Shown: positions 17,291-24,275 of the stretch, one piece after another
Position numbering within the stretch: the stretch's first letter is position 1
How the letters are laid out: every line of letters begins with the position of its first letter
DNA from: a virus
Taxonomy: Duplodnaviria; Caudoviricetes
Length of the DNA: 44,712 nt
Reading direction: 5' to 3' (one strand)
Virus record (IMG/VR): IMGVR_UViG_3300020042_003245
Span: 1-44,712 of that record
Made by a program: the position numbers and the translations under genes
Notes under the pieces: model-generated
Databases searched by the model: none
What the model was told of the DNA's origin: nothing
Seen by the model: the letters and a program-made list of their open reading frames with translations, nothing else

Positions 17291-17574
17291 TGCCTCTGGC
17301 TTGGTATACGGTTCAGGATGGCCTGAGCGACCGTTCTAAGGGCTGTGACTACCTCACCCTCATCTTCGTGGTCAGCGAAGGCCATAACAAGGTCAGCGCA
17401 TGCCTGACGCTCAATCATGATGACCCGCTTGCTGGTCTCAATTGCCACCGTCATGATCTCGGCCTTGGCGATGGTGATGGCATCGTCGAACTCTTGTTGG
17501 GTAAAGAATGTCACCGCGCCTGAACCACCCAACAGTTGCCGGGCAAGTTGACTCATTTCTTTTTTCTCGGTCAT
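17287..17574 (-). CDS. Hypothetical protein with ERxAC motif (95 aa)
   Basis: IERQACADL...AQAILNR pattern common in small phage proteins; GAGGA RBS. Confidence 0.7.
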   Translation of the reverse strand: MTEKKEMSQLARQLLGGSGAVTFFTQQEFDDAITIAKAEIMTVAIETSKRVIMIERQACADLVMAFADHEDEGEVVTALRTVAQAILNRIPSQRQ

Positions 17575-17771
17575 TTGAATTTCCTCACATTAGAGAATGG
17601 AATGTCAATTGGCTTTTCTGGCGGCGGTGGCGGCATATTGGCGCTGGGTGGCACCCACCCATGTTTTCGCCAGATAGCCTGCACGTCAGACCCACTGCTC
17701 CATTTAAATTTGGCAGTGGGTATGCTGGGGTAGCTGATCTTTGCGTGCGGTGGCAAAGTGATCTTGCTCAT
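17571..17771 (-). CDS. Hypothetical protein (66 aa)
   Basis: Start ATG 17771 with AAGGGA RBS; DVQAIWRKHGWVPPS. Confidence 0.65.
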   Translation of the reverse strand: MSKITLPPHAKISYPSIPTAKFKWSSGSDVQAIWRKHGWVPPSANMPPPPPEKPIDIPFSNVRKFK

Positions 17772-17781
17772 GAAAATCCCT

Positions 17782-18063
17782 TTATTCAGAATAACCAATG
17801 GCTTGCAGTTTACTGATCTGCTCGTTGATCTCAGTCACGGTCTTTTGGTATTCGGCCATGACCTTTTGCTTTTGCTTTTCCAATGCGGAAATTTTTTGTG
17901 CCCGTGGATCATAGTTTTCTGGCACGTCAATTTCAATTTCTTGTTCGCCGACATATGTTCGGTAATTGTCGTCATCAGCTTTAAAACTAAGAACTTCAAA
18001 CTTGCCTTCGGTATCCCAATCGTACTTGCAGTAGTGAATGTGGGCGGTTGTTTTGACTTTCAT
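17782..18063 (-). CDS. Hypothetical protein with C-terminal coiled coil (93 aa)
   Basis: Start ATG 18063 with AAGGAG RBS. Confidence 0.7.
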   Translation of the reverse strand: MKVKTTAHIHYCKYDWDTEGKFEVLSFKADDDNYRTYVGEQEIEIDVPENYDPRAQKISALEKQKQKVMAEYQKTVTEINEQISKLQAIGYSE

Positions 18064-18073
18064 GTTGGTCTCC

Positions 18074-18457
18074 TTAAAAAGAAAAGTCATGGTACTTATC
18101 GCGTTGACCAAGAATCAGGCCACCGCTTCCAAAAACTAAACGCTTGTTGTCATTGTAAAAACATCTGCGCCATTGGCCTTTTCTGTCTTTACGGTAATAG
18201 TGGCGGTACCCCATAAAGTCTGATGTGTACTCGTACTCTTGCGACTCGCTCATGCCATTGTTGTCAATACGTTTAGCGTGATCATCAGTGACAGCGATGT
18301 AGCGTTTCTTCATGTTTACTTCAACAATGGTGCCTGCTTCGCGGTCAGTCCAGCCCAACATAGTGACACCCATGCCCACAGTGGGCTCAGGCTCGTTGAT
18401 GGTCATGCGGCTGTACAAATGATTGGTCAGGCTTCCTGTTTGTGATCCGATGTTCAT
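18074..18457 (-). CDS. Hypothetical protein (127 aa)
   Basis: Start ATG 18457 (ATGA overlap, AAGGAG RBS); PTVGMGVTMLGWTDR...RDKYHDFSF. Confidence 0.7.
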   Translation of the reverse strand: MNIGSQTGSLTNHLYSRMTINEPEPTVGMGVTMLGWTDREAGTIVEVNMKKRYIAVTDDHAKRIDNNGMSESQEYEYTSDFMGYRHYYRKDRKGQWRRCFYNDNKRLVFGSGGLILGQRDKYHDFSF

Positions 18458-18663
18458 GCTGTCACTCCTTTGGCAAGTTTCATTTGACGTTCGCGGATGG
18501 CATCGATCTCTGCCCACAATTTGATGTAGTAGGTGTCGTCTGTTGGCAGGTGCTTGTTCAACTGCAAAGTCTCATGGCAGTCTTGCAGTGCACAGGTGCA
18601 CATGCTGGCATCGTATGCCTTGAATTTGTTGGTGCAGGTTTCGCGCAATTGGCCGTATGTCAT
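18454..18663 (-). CDS. Hypothetical protein (69 aa)
   Basis: AAGGGG RBS; YYIKLWAEIDAIRER. Confidence 0.65.
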   Translation of the reverse strand: MTYGQLRETCTNKFKAYDASMCTCALQDCHETLQLNKHLPTDDTYYIKLWAEIDAIRERQMKLAKGVTA

Positions 18664-18673
18664 GGTGTTCCCC

Positions 18674-18814
18674 TTATTTTTTCAGTGATTTTTTGTGGTT
18701 CAACAAATTGATCAAAGCTTTGGTGATCTCGTCATGGAGCTTCATTGGCAACGGGCCTGAGTGTGCTGTTGCGCGAAGTGTTTTGATAGCTTGGTTTGTT
18801 TGGTACAGGGTCAT
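18674..18814 (-). CDS. Hypothetical protein (46 aa)
   Basis: Not in ORF track. MTLYQTNQAIKTLRATAHSGPLPMKLHDEITKALINLLNHKKSLKK; RBS context AAGGAGAACACCATG nearly identical to that of the next gene. Confidence 0.55.
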   Translation of the reverse strand: MTLYQTNQAIKTLRATAHSGPLPMKLHDEITKALINLLNHKKSLKK

Positions 18815-18828
18815 GGTGTTCTCCTTAT

Positions 18829-18844
18829 GGGGGCCGAAGCCCCC
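18829..18844 (-). other. Intergenic GC hairpin with cUUCGg tetraloop
   Basis: Minus strand GGGGGC-TTCG-GCCCCC, no U tract. Confidence 0.6.
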
Positions 18845-18851
18845 GTTGCAA

Positions 18852-19169
18852 TTAGGTTGTAGGTGTCACTGTGATGCGTGCAGAACCTTCTTTGCGGAAG
18901 GAGTTGAGTTGGTCTTCGGTGATGCCAAAGTGTGTGCACAGTGCGTCGTAGTCAACAGTGCCTTTGACGTTGGCAATGGACACAGTCACACCGTACTTTT
19001 CGCCACGGTGCTTGCCGTCACCAAAGGTGTTGGCAATGCTGTCCTTAAGGGTCTTGACCTGAGCGGCCAAAGCTTTTTGTTGACGATCCAACACAGCCAG
19101 TGTGTCGATGTCGTTGGTGATGGACTCGATAGTTGCGAGTGCTTGGATGGTGGCTTGAACTTCAGTCAT
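18852..19169 (-). CDS. Hypothetical protein with N-terminal coiled coil (105 aa)
   Basis: GGAG RBS, first gene behind promoter unit 3. Confidence 0.7.
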   Translation of the reverse strand: MTEVQATIQALATIESITNDIDTLAVLDRQQKALAAQVKTLKDSIANTFGDGKHRGEKYGVTVSIANVKGTVDYDALCTHFGITEDQLNSFRKEGSARITVTPTT

Positions 19170-19183
19170 TTGGTATCTCCAGA

Positions 19184-19277
19184 TAAACCTGCGATGTTGC
19201 AGTAAACGAAGTCTAACACAAAGTTAGATTCTGTTGGCAAGACTTTTCTCAATTATTTTTGTAGGTGCTTTCCCTAG
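19184..19277 (-). promoter_or_regulatory. Promoter/operator unit 3 plus second palindrome
   Basis: TCTAAC-ACAAA-GTTAGA at 19212-19228 overlapping TGTTAGACT; hairpin CTGC-GATGTT-GCAG at 19189-19202; TAGGTGCTTTCCCTAG at 19262-19277. Confidence 0.8.
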
Positions 19278-19295
19278 TGTTGTATTGTGAACTAT

Positions 19296-19568
19296 TTATT
19301 TAGTAGTCAGACTACGGAATACGTTGGCAACGGTGACGTTCAGGGCATCCAACTCTTGCATTTTGGCTATAGCCCATGCACGTTTCTCCCCATGCCAACC
19401 CATCTTGGAGCCCTGATGGCAGGACTTGCACAAGGCCACCACGGTGTAGTGCAGTCCCTGCTCAATGTGGTGGGCATCAGACGGGCTGGGTGCCTCGCAC
19501 ACAGAGCAGGGTTGCTCCTTGACCATGCCCACCCACAGGCGCTCCAGCTTGGTGTAGGAGCCGTTCAT
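19296..19568 (-). CDS. Ref/DUF968-like HNH zinc-binding nuclease
   Basis: PCSVC...DAHH...ALCKSCHQG; start ATG 19568. Confidence 0.75.
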   Translation of the reverse strand: MNGSYTKLERLWVGMVKEQPCSVCEAPSPSDAHHIEQGLHYTVVALCKSCHQGSKMGWHGEKRAWAIAKMQELDALNVTVANVFRSLTTK

Positions 19569-19693
19569 GCAAACCACCCTGTGTAAATCCCTACGAACAA
19601 AAACAACAGGGCCATGCAGATCGAATATCGTTCACCTGCACACCCGGCAAGCCAGATGTTGGCAAGCAATATAGCCATTTGTGTGTCTGTCAT
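19565..19693 (-). CDS. Small membrane protein (42 aa)
   Basis: Start ATG 19693; ATGA overlaps at both ends; two hydrophobic stretches. Confidence 0.5.
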   Translation of the reverse strand: MTDTQMAILLANIWLAGCAGERYSICMALLFLFVGIYTGWFA

Positions 19694-20031
19694 GCCGCTG
19701 ACCTGTCCATGGTGCGATTGCTGGCCTCCTGAGAGCGCCACACGTCGATCCGAGCCTCTGCTGAGGTCAGCCCCCACTTGAGCCCTTCTTCGGCCTCTAC
19801 GGCTGATCTGAGGCCGCGAATGTGAATGTCGTAGGACGGGTCTGCGTATGCCATGGCTTCAGCTTGTGCCATTGACTTTGCCAGTCCTTCCGTGATGAAC
19901 TTGATCGACAGCGAGGCGATCAGTGCCTTGGTGTAGTTGTCGAGGTATCCCTTGTACGCTTTGGCTTCTGCATATTGCTTGCCGTGGGTGTACAGGTAGT
20001 CCACTGCTTCGTTGATGTCCTTCTGACTCAT
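19690..20031 (-). CDS. Helical phage protein of unknown function (113 aa)
   Basis: AGGAG RBS; EAMAYADPSY, IDVWRSQEASNR. Confidence 0.7.
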   Translation of the reverse strand: MSQKDINEAVDYLYTHGKQYAEAKAYKGYLDNYTKALIASLSIKFITEGLAKSMAQAEAMAYADPSYDIHIRGLRSAVEAEEGLKWGLTSAEARIDVWRSQEASNRTMDRSAA

Positions 20032-20067
20032 TTTGTTTCTCCTGAATTTGTCTTTTACGCCAGCCGC

Positions 20068-20517
20068 TCATGATCCAAACCGTGCGATCAACGCCGCATC
20101 GGCAAATGCTTGGCCTGCACCCTTCTTGTCCAGTTCACGCCAGTGCGGCCACAACTGCAACGCCTTTGACCTTGCCTCGTCCTTGTCTTTGCCGTTGACT
20201 CCTGCGGCCTTCTTCCACGACTGAGGGGTGACGTTGGTCACAGGTATTTCAAGGGCTCCCAGCACGCCCATGACGCTACCAACAGCATGGCCGAAGGTAA
20301 ACATGGACGCTACGCCTTGGCCGGGACGGGCACCCACCTGCTCCATTACCGCTTTGTCAATGTGAAGGAATCGAATGAGGGATGCCAAAGCGGCAGTGTT
20401 GACTCGGTTGTTCTTTCCAACCATGTAGATAGGCATGCGTTCCCACTCAATGGGCATGCCGTCTTCCAATAAGACGTATGCGCCTGACAGGCCCGGATCA
20501 ATTCCTAAAACTCTCAT
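20068..20517 (-). CDS. ruvC: RuvC-like Holliday junction resolvase
   Basis: VLGIDPG, VMEQV, SMFTFG, VTPQSWKK, ADAALIA. Confidence 0.9.
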   Translation of the reverse strand: MRVLGIDPGLSGAYVLLEDGMPIEWERMPIYMVGKNNRVNTAALASLIRFLHIDKAVMEQVGARPGQGVASMFTFGHAVGSVMGVLGALEIPVTNVTPQSWKKAAGVNGKDKDEARSKALQLWPHWRELDKKGAGQAFADAALIARFGS

Positions 20518-21107
20518 TTGTTTTTCTCCAAAAGAACATTGTTTGCGTAAACCATTCCCGCAATAAAGTATTTGTGATCGAACATTGGGTCTTCGCCGTC
20601 AGGCATATCTTTTTCTTCAATCCCTACCCATGTGCGTTGTGGCGGCGGGGATGTGTAGACAGCATTCCAACCGTAAAGTTTTGCTTCTGCTTCTGTAGAC
20701 TCACTTAAATGTATAAACCTGCGTGCTTGAGTCATCCACGCCACTGGCTCCTGCTTTGGCTGTGGTCGTGCTACGGGTCGGCGAGTTACAACACCATTTA
20801 CAACTCCCAATTCCCACGCCACAGGCTCTTGCTCTGTGCGCTGTGGTGGGTGGGTGGCTTTAAATTTACGCACACAAGCGTTCCATCCATCTGCGTATGC
20901 GTAGGCTGAATCGTTATCTGCTAATGCTTCCATCTCTACTACAGGCTCTTGCTCTTGCTGTGCTAAAACTTTGGCGGCTACCAGTTTGGCAAATTTATAA
21001 ATGTCTTTATCAACACAAACAAACAACTCACTTTCTTCATCACTTAGCTTTCCATGTGAAACAAATTCAGCTTCTATTGCCATCTCAATGATTTCATCTT
21101 GTGTCAT
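20514..21107 (-). CDS. Mosaic protein with repeated QEPV(A)W modules (197 aa)
   Basis: Start ATG 21107 (ATGA overlap); QEQEPVV, TEQEPVAW, PKQEPVAW; PPQRT twice. Confidence 0.7.
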   Translation of the reverse strand: MTQDEIIEMAIEAEFVSHGKLSDEESELFVCVDKDIYKFAKLVAAKVLAQQEQEPVVEMEALADNDSAYAYADGWNACVRKFKATHPPQRTEQEPVAWELGVVNGVVTRRPVARPQPKQEPVAWMTQARRFIHLSESTEAEAKLYGWNAVYTSPPPQRTWVGIEEKDMPDGEDPMFDHKYFIAGMVYANNVLLEKNK

Positions 21108-21382
21108 GACTTGCCTTTCAATATAAATTTTGGACAGCGTTGCAAAATAAATCGTGTTGGTGTCTGTGGTTTGCCAAACTTGTCTAGCATCTTGATGCAC
21201 TTGTGGTCAACGTAGTTCTTGCACTCAAAGCAAAGTCTGCGGTCATCACCAATGTCAATTTCTCGCTCCCACAATTTGTCGGCCAAGTTCCATGCATCGT
21301 CCGGGCTAAGTCCCTGCTCTTCAAATGCGTTGCGACGACGTGTGTGTTTAGCGACTGCAATATCTGTTTCTTCTGCGGTCAT
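21104..21382 (-). CDS. Hypothetical Cys-motif protein (92 aa)
   Basis: DDRRLCFECKNY...C...LQRCPKF putative Zn site; coupled on both sides. Confidence 0.7.
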   Translation of the reverse strand: MTAEETDIAVAKHTRRRNAFEEQGLSPDDAWNLADKLWEREIDIGDDRRLCFECKNYVDHKCIKMLDKFGKPQTPTRFILQRCPKFILKGKS

Positions 21383-21822
21383 GCTGACACCTTTGACATC
21401 ATTTCTTGAGTGCGTTTCTCGGTGGCTCTGTGTGCGGCAATCATGGTGCGTGCAGGTAAGTTCTCTAGCACCATCTCGTAGTCTTCCAATACGCCACGCA
21501 GGGTGACCATGTCAGGGCCATTTAAGCGCAATGACATACCTTTTTGCAAGTGCCTCATGCCTGCATTTGCTAGTGCGGTAGTTGCGTCTCCAATGGCATC
21601 TTGCTCGTCAGCAACAAGACCCATCTCCAGCAATGTCTGCATCATGTTCACTGCATCAAAAACAACTTCCCAGTCTTTGAGGGTGACATTGGGGGATCGC
21701 TCAATGTTTGCAAGACCAGCTTTCATGATGCCAAGTTGACGGTCTCGCTTTTGTTTTGGCAATGGCTCTGTTGGGCTTGCCATCAGTACATCCCAGTGGC
21801 TGTAGCTGAACTTCGGTTTCAT
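21379..21822 (-). CDS. Hypothetical helical protein (147 aa)
   Basis: AGGAG RBS, first gene behind promoter unit 4. Confidence 0.7.
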   Translation of the reverse strand: MKPKFSYSHWDVLMASPTEPLPKQKRDRQLGIMKAGLANIERSPNVTLKDWEVVFDAVNMMQTLLEMGLVADEQDAIGDATTALANAGMRHLQKGMSLRLNGPDMVTLRGVLEDYEMVLENLPARTMIAAHRATEKRTQEMMSKVSA

Positions 21823-21838
21823 GTTTTCTCCTGTTATC

Positions 21839-21878
21839 CCACAACGGTGTGGTGCCTAGATTCTAACACAAAGTTAGA
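21839..21878 (-). promoter_or_regulatory. Promoter/operator unit 4
   Basis: TCTAAC-ACAAA-GTTAGA at 21862-21878 overlapping TGTTAGAAT; hairpin CCACA-ACGG-TGTGG at 21839-21852. Confidence 0.8.
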
Positions 21879-22107
21879 CTTCTGAAATGGTGATTGTGGA
21901 GTCTGCTCTGTTGATATGCATAGTTCCTGTGGTCACAAAATTCCAGTCGTGGTCGTTGGGGTCTGCCTCAGTATGTGAGTGGGTTAACAACCAAACATTT
22001 TTGCAAATCCATTCTTTGCCAGTCTCATCAAACACACGCCACTTGTGATCAATGGTGCCTCTACCAAGTTGCCCGGCAGACTTGTTGTATCTGATCCTGT
22101 ACTTCAT
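21874..22107 (-). CDS. Hypothetical protein (77 aa)
   Basis: GGAGG RBS, ATGA overlap with the oxygenase gene. Confidence 0.7.
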   Translation of the reverse strand: MKYRIRYNKSAGQLGRGTIDHKWRVFDETGKEWICKNVWLLTHSHTEADPNDHDWNFVTTGTMHINRADSTITISEV

Positions 22108-22730
22108 ATCACCTCCACCTTGGGTTCTTCCACTTCTGGTGCCACTGCCACCGATAGGTTCATGTGAACGAACTTCATGGGCTCTTGGCTCATGTTCTTA
22201 GTCAAAGAATGGGGAAACCATGCATTGGCAAATATCAGGGTTCCTGCCTCGGGTGTAAACACAATCTGATGCGATCCCATGGTGATCTTGGTGTTATCTT
22301 TTTCAGGCAAATTGGTGATTACTTTGGCCGATCTTGGATCGTGCAATACCAACTTGCATGAGCCCTTGGGTGCGTCGATGAAATAAAACGCACTGATCTG
22401 CGATCCATGTCCATGAATGTGAGTTTCCATCGAAGACAGGTGGCCGTGCTCTTGCGTCCACATTTCAGTGAAAAACGTTGCCAACCTATCCATGTTGTAA
22501 CCCTGCGACTCAAGAATGTTCCACGCCGTTTGTGAAACATACCGCGAGAATTCTTCCAACTCTGGTTCATGAGCGTAGGTGCCAGTCATAAGCATGACTG
22601 AGTTTTTTTTACATTCACGCGAATTGTCCTCATACCGCAAAGACACAGTGCGAACTGCCTCCAAAAACTCAGGTTTTTTCACCACGTAAATTGGGCTGGC
22701 AAAATAGTGCGCTTCTTCAAGTTTGTCCAT
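22104..22730 (-). CDS. 2OG-Fe(II) oxygenase superfamily protein (TIGR02466-like)
   Basis: Start ATG 22730 (GGAGA RBS); W...HIH, ISAFYFI, LHDPR, PEAGTLIF...WFPHS double-stranded beta-helix motifs. Confidence 0.8.
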   Translation of the reverse strand: MDKLEEAHYFASPIYVVKKPEFLEAVRTVSLRYEDNSRECKKNSVMLMTGTYAHEPELEEFSRYVSQTAWNILESQGYNMDRLATFFTEMWTQEHGHLSSMETHIHGHGSQISAFYFIDAPKGSCKLVLHDPRSAKVITNLPEKDNTKITMGSHQIVFTPEAGTLIFANAWFPHSLTKNMSQEPMKFVHMNLSVAVAPEVEEPKVEVI

Positions 22731-23054
22731 TCGTTTCTCCAAATAAATTCACGTCAGTCTAACATGGGGTTTGATTCTTCAATTAAAAAAAACGGAGCCG
22801 ACCCCCTTATTGACTCCTTATCAATCCTTTCACCCAAAGACCCCCCTACCCCAACCGGAGTAGAGAGGGAAGGTGCTTCACCCCACTTGCGTGGATCATC
22901 ATGTGAACGGTTTTACGTTCTACCCCTCGGCTTGATGATTCGACCAGCCGACTGGATTATTCGGGAACTGCCCCCTAGACCAAAGTCATACCAGCTACGC
23001 TTTCCTTCCGCGCCACCACGATTGAGGTGCTTACTTTCGTGCGGAGTACGGCAG

Positions 23055-23194
23055 GGCAGTGGAAAACAAAAAAGCCGTTAAGACAGACCCCGGTGGAATG
23101 ACATCGGCGCTTTTGGCACCGACGCAACCCCATATGGGGTCGGAGTCTGACTTAACGGCTTTACTTGCATAGCATTCCACTGCCTTGCAACTTG
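23055..23194 (-). ncRNA. Structured leader/antisense RNA resembling phage C4/CI-type RNAs
   Basis: 12-bp stem AAAGCCGTTAAG (23071-23082) / CTTAACGGCTTT (23151-23162) enclosing inner stems and followed by a U tract on the minus strand; segment 23173-23184 is complementary to both 23093-23100 and 23055-23064. Confidence 0.55.
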
Positions 23195-23200
23195 GTTTTA

Positions 23201-23230
23201 ATTCTATCAACACGTCTCTAGACGTGTCAA
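23201..23230 (-). promoter_or_regulatory. Strong sigma70 promoter with palindrome in the spacer
   Basis: TTGACA (23225-23230), 18 nt, TAGAAT (23201-23206) with TG extension; ACACGTCT-CT-AGACGTGT at 23210-23227. Confidence 0.75.
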
Positions 23231-24085
23231 CACCTCTTTTTTTAACCCCATAATTTTGGCAACAACTGCAAACAGGCTTTCCCTTTGATGCAGGTCATTG
23301 GCATCGTATCCCACGGTGTCGGCCATCGTCCAAGGTAAACCTGTACTTATTGCCGATTTTTCCCCAGTCTTGGATTCATCGTTGTCGGCAAAAACATACA
23401 CCCTGCCGGGCACTTGATCGGCCACCTGCACCATGTTGCTGGCGCTGAAGCAGATCACCACCGCCGCAGGTATACCAACGCTCTTCAAGGCGTGTTTTAA
23501 GGACAACCCTGTGGCTACCCCTTCCACCAACCAACTCTCGCCTGCATCGCGGTTTCCCAGCGTCAGGACGGCGTTCTTTGCCCTCATGCCATGAAGCATC
23601 TTCTTTTCGTACTTGCGAGTGTCAACGTCCCATCTGATCGACTGGTAGCCCTGCAATTTGTTGGTCACCACATTCCGCATCGGGATCAGCAGTTTGTCTT
23701 CTAGCACCAGCCCACGGGCTTCCTTGAATCCCTTAATCTCAAGGTAGGGGTGGTAGTCCTGTTTGGCCGACCGCAGAGTGATGTCAGCCTGCAAGGCGGC
23801 GTACTCGTACTTCTTGTCCTGCTCGCTGGCCGCTGTGGATCGTTTAGCCGCCCATGCACGCTTTTCTTCGTCAGTCCATGGTTTGGCATGCGGGTCTTCG
23901 TACCAGATCACTCTGGCCTCTCCTGACCAGTCCATGACCCATCCACGCTGGCCGTCCCAGAAGTAGGCACCGTTGCCAGACTTTGGTCTCTCAGTGGTGC
24001 CGCATCGCTTGATCTTGTCGGACGCATACAAACGGGTGTGGTCAATCTCAACACCGTGGGCTCGGGCAAAGTCAACGAAACGCAT
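23207..24085 (-). CDS. Toprim-domain DNA primase
   Basis: Start ATG 24085 (GGGGG RBS); HPYLEIKG, LLIPM, LVEGVATG, FADND...TG, DAND. Confidence 0.85.
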   Translation of the reverse strand: MRFVDFARAHGVEIDHTRLYASDKIKRCGTTERPKSGNGAYFWDGQRGWVMDWSGEARVIWYEDPHAKPWTDEEKRAWAAKRSTAASEQDKKYEYAALQADITLRSAKQDYHPYLEIKGFKEARGLVLEDKLLIPMRNVVTNKLQGYQSIRWDVDTRKYEKKMLHGMRAKNAVLTLGNRDAGESWLVEGVATGLSLKHALKSVGIPAAVVICFSASNMVQVADQVPGRVYVFADNDESKTGEKSAISTGLPWTMADTVGYDANDLHQRESLFAVVAKIMGLKKEVLTRLETC

Positions 24086-24275
24086 AAGCCCCCCTTGCAC
24101 CGCACAGGCGCTCATACTTGGCACCGCGCTTGAGGCGCTTGCACACATCGGCCTTACTTTTGGCTTTGGCCTTCTGTTGGAGTTGTGCTGAAGTCAGGGG
24201 CTCTGGTGGGGCGTTGTACTGATACACAGAAAACCCAACAGCCACGGCCACGCAAACCAAATATTCTTTAATCAT
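24072..24275 (-). CDS. Small membrane-anchored protein (67 aa)
   Basis: ATG 24275 in ATGA overlap with helicase; N-terminal hydrophobic segment, two C-terminal Cys. Confidence 0.5.
   Translation of the reverse strand: MIKEYLVCVAVAVGFSVYQYNAPPEPLTSAQLQQKAKAKSKADVCKRLKRGAKYERLCGARGAYAFR

Noticed and set aside
19859-20071. 70-aa ORF MSGWRKRQI... after ruvC
   Set aside because: ATGA-coupled start is suggestive, but most of it overlaps the better supported 113-aa gene; cannot be supported without homologs
16421-21878. Repeated ~45-bp units as a CRISPR array or mobile-element ends
   Set aside because: Copies are 0.5-2.6 kb apart, separated by genes, with no cas or transposase; they fit promoter/operator units
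22707-23081. 124-aa + strand ORF with a KDPPTP motif reminiscent of replication initiators
   Set aside because: Antisense to the operon, GTG start without RBS, overlaps the oxygenase start and a structured region; no initiator HTH
23083-23150. Branched structure as a tRNA
   Set aside because: No T-loop GTTCRA, no D-loop consensus, no CCA; closing stem too long
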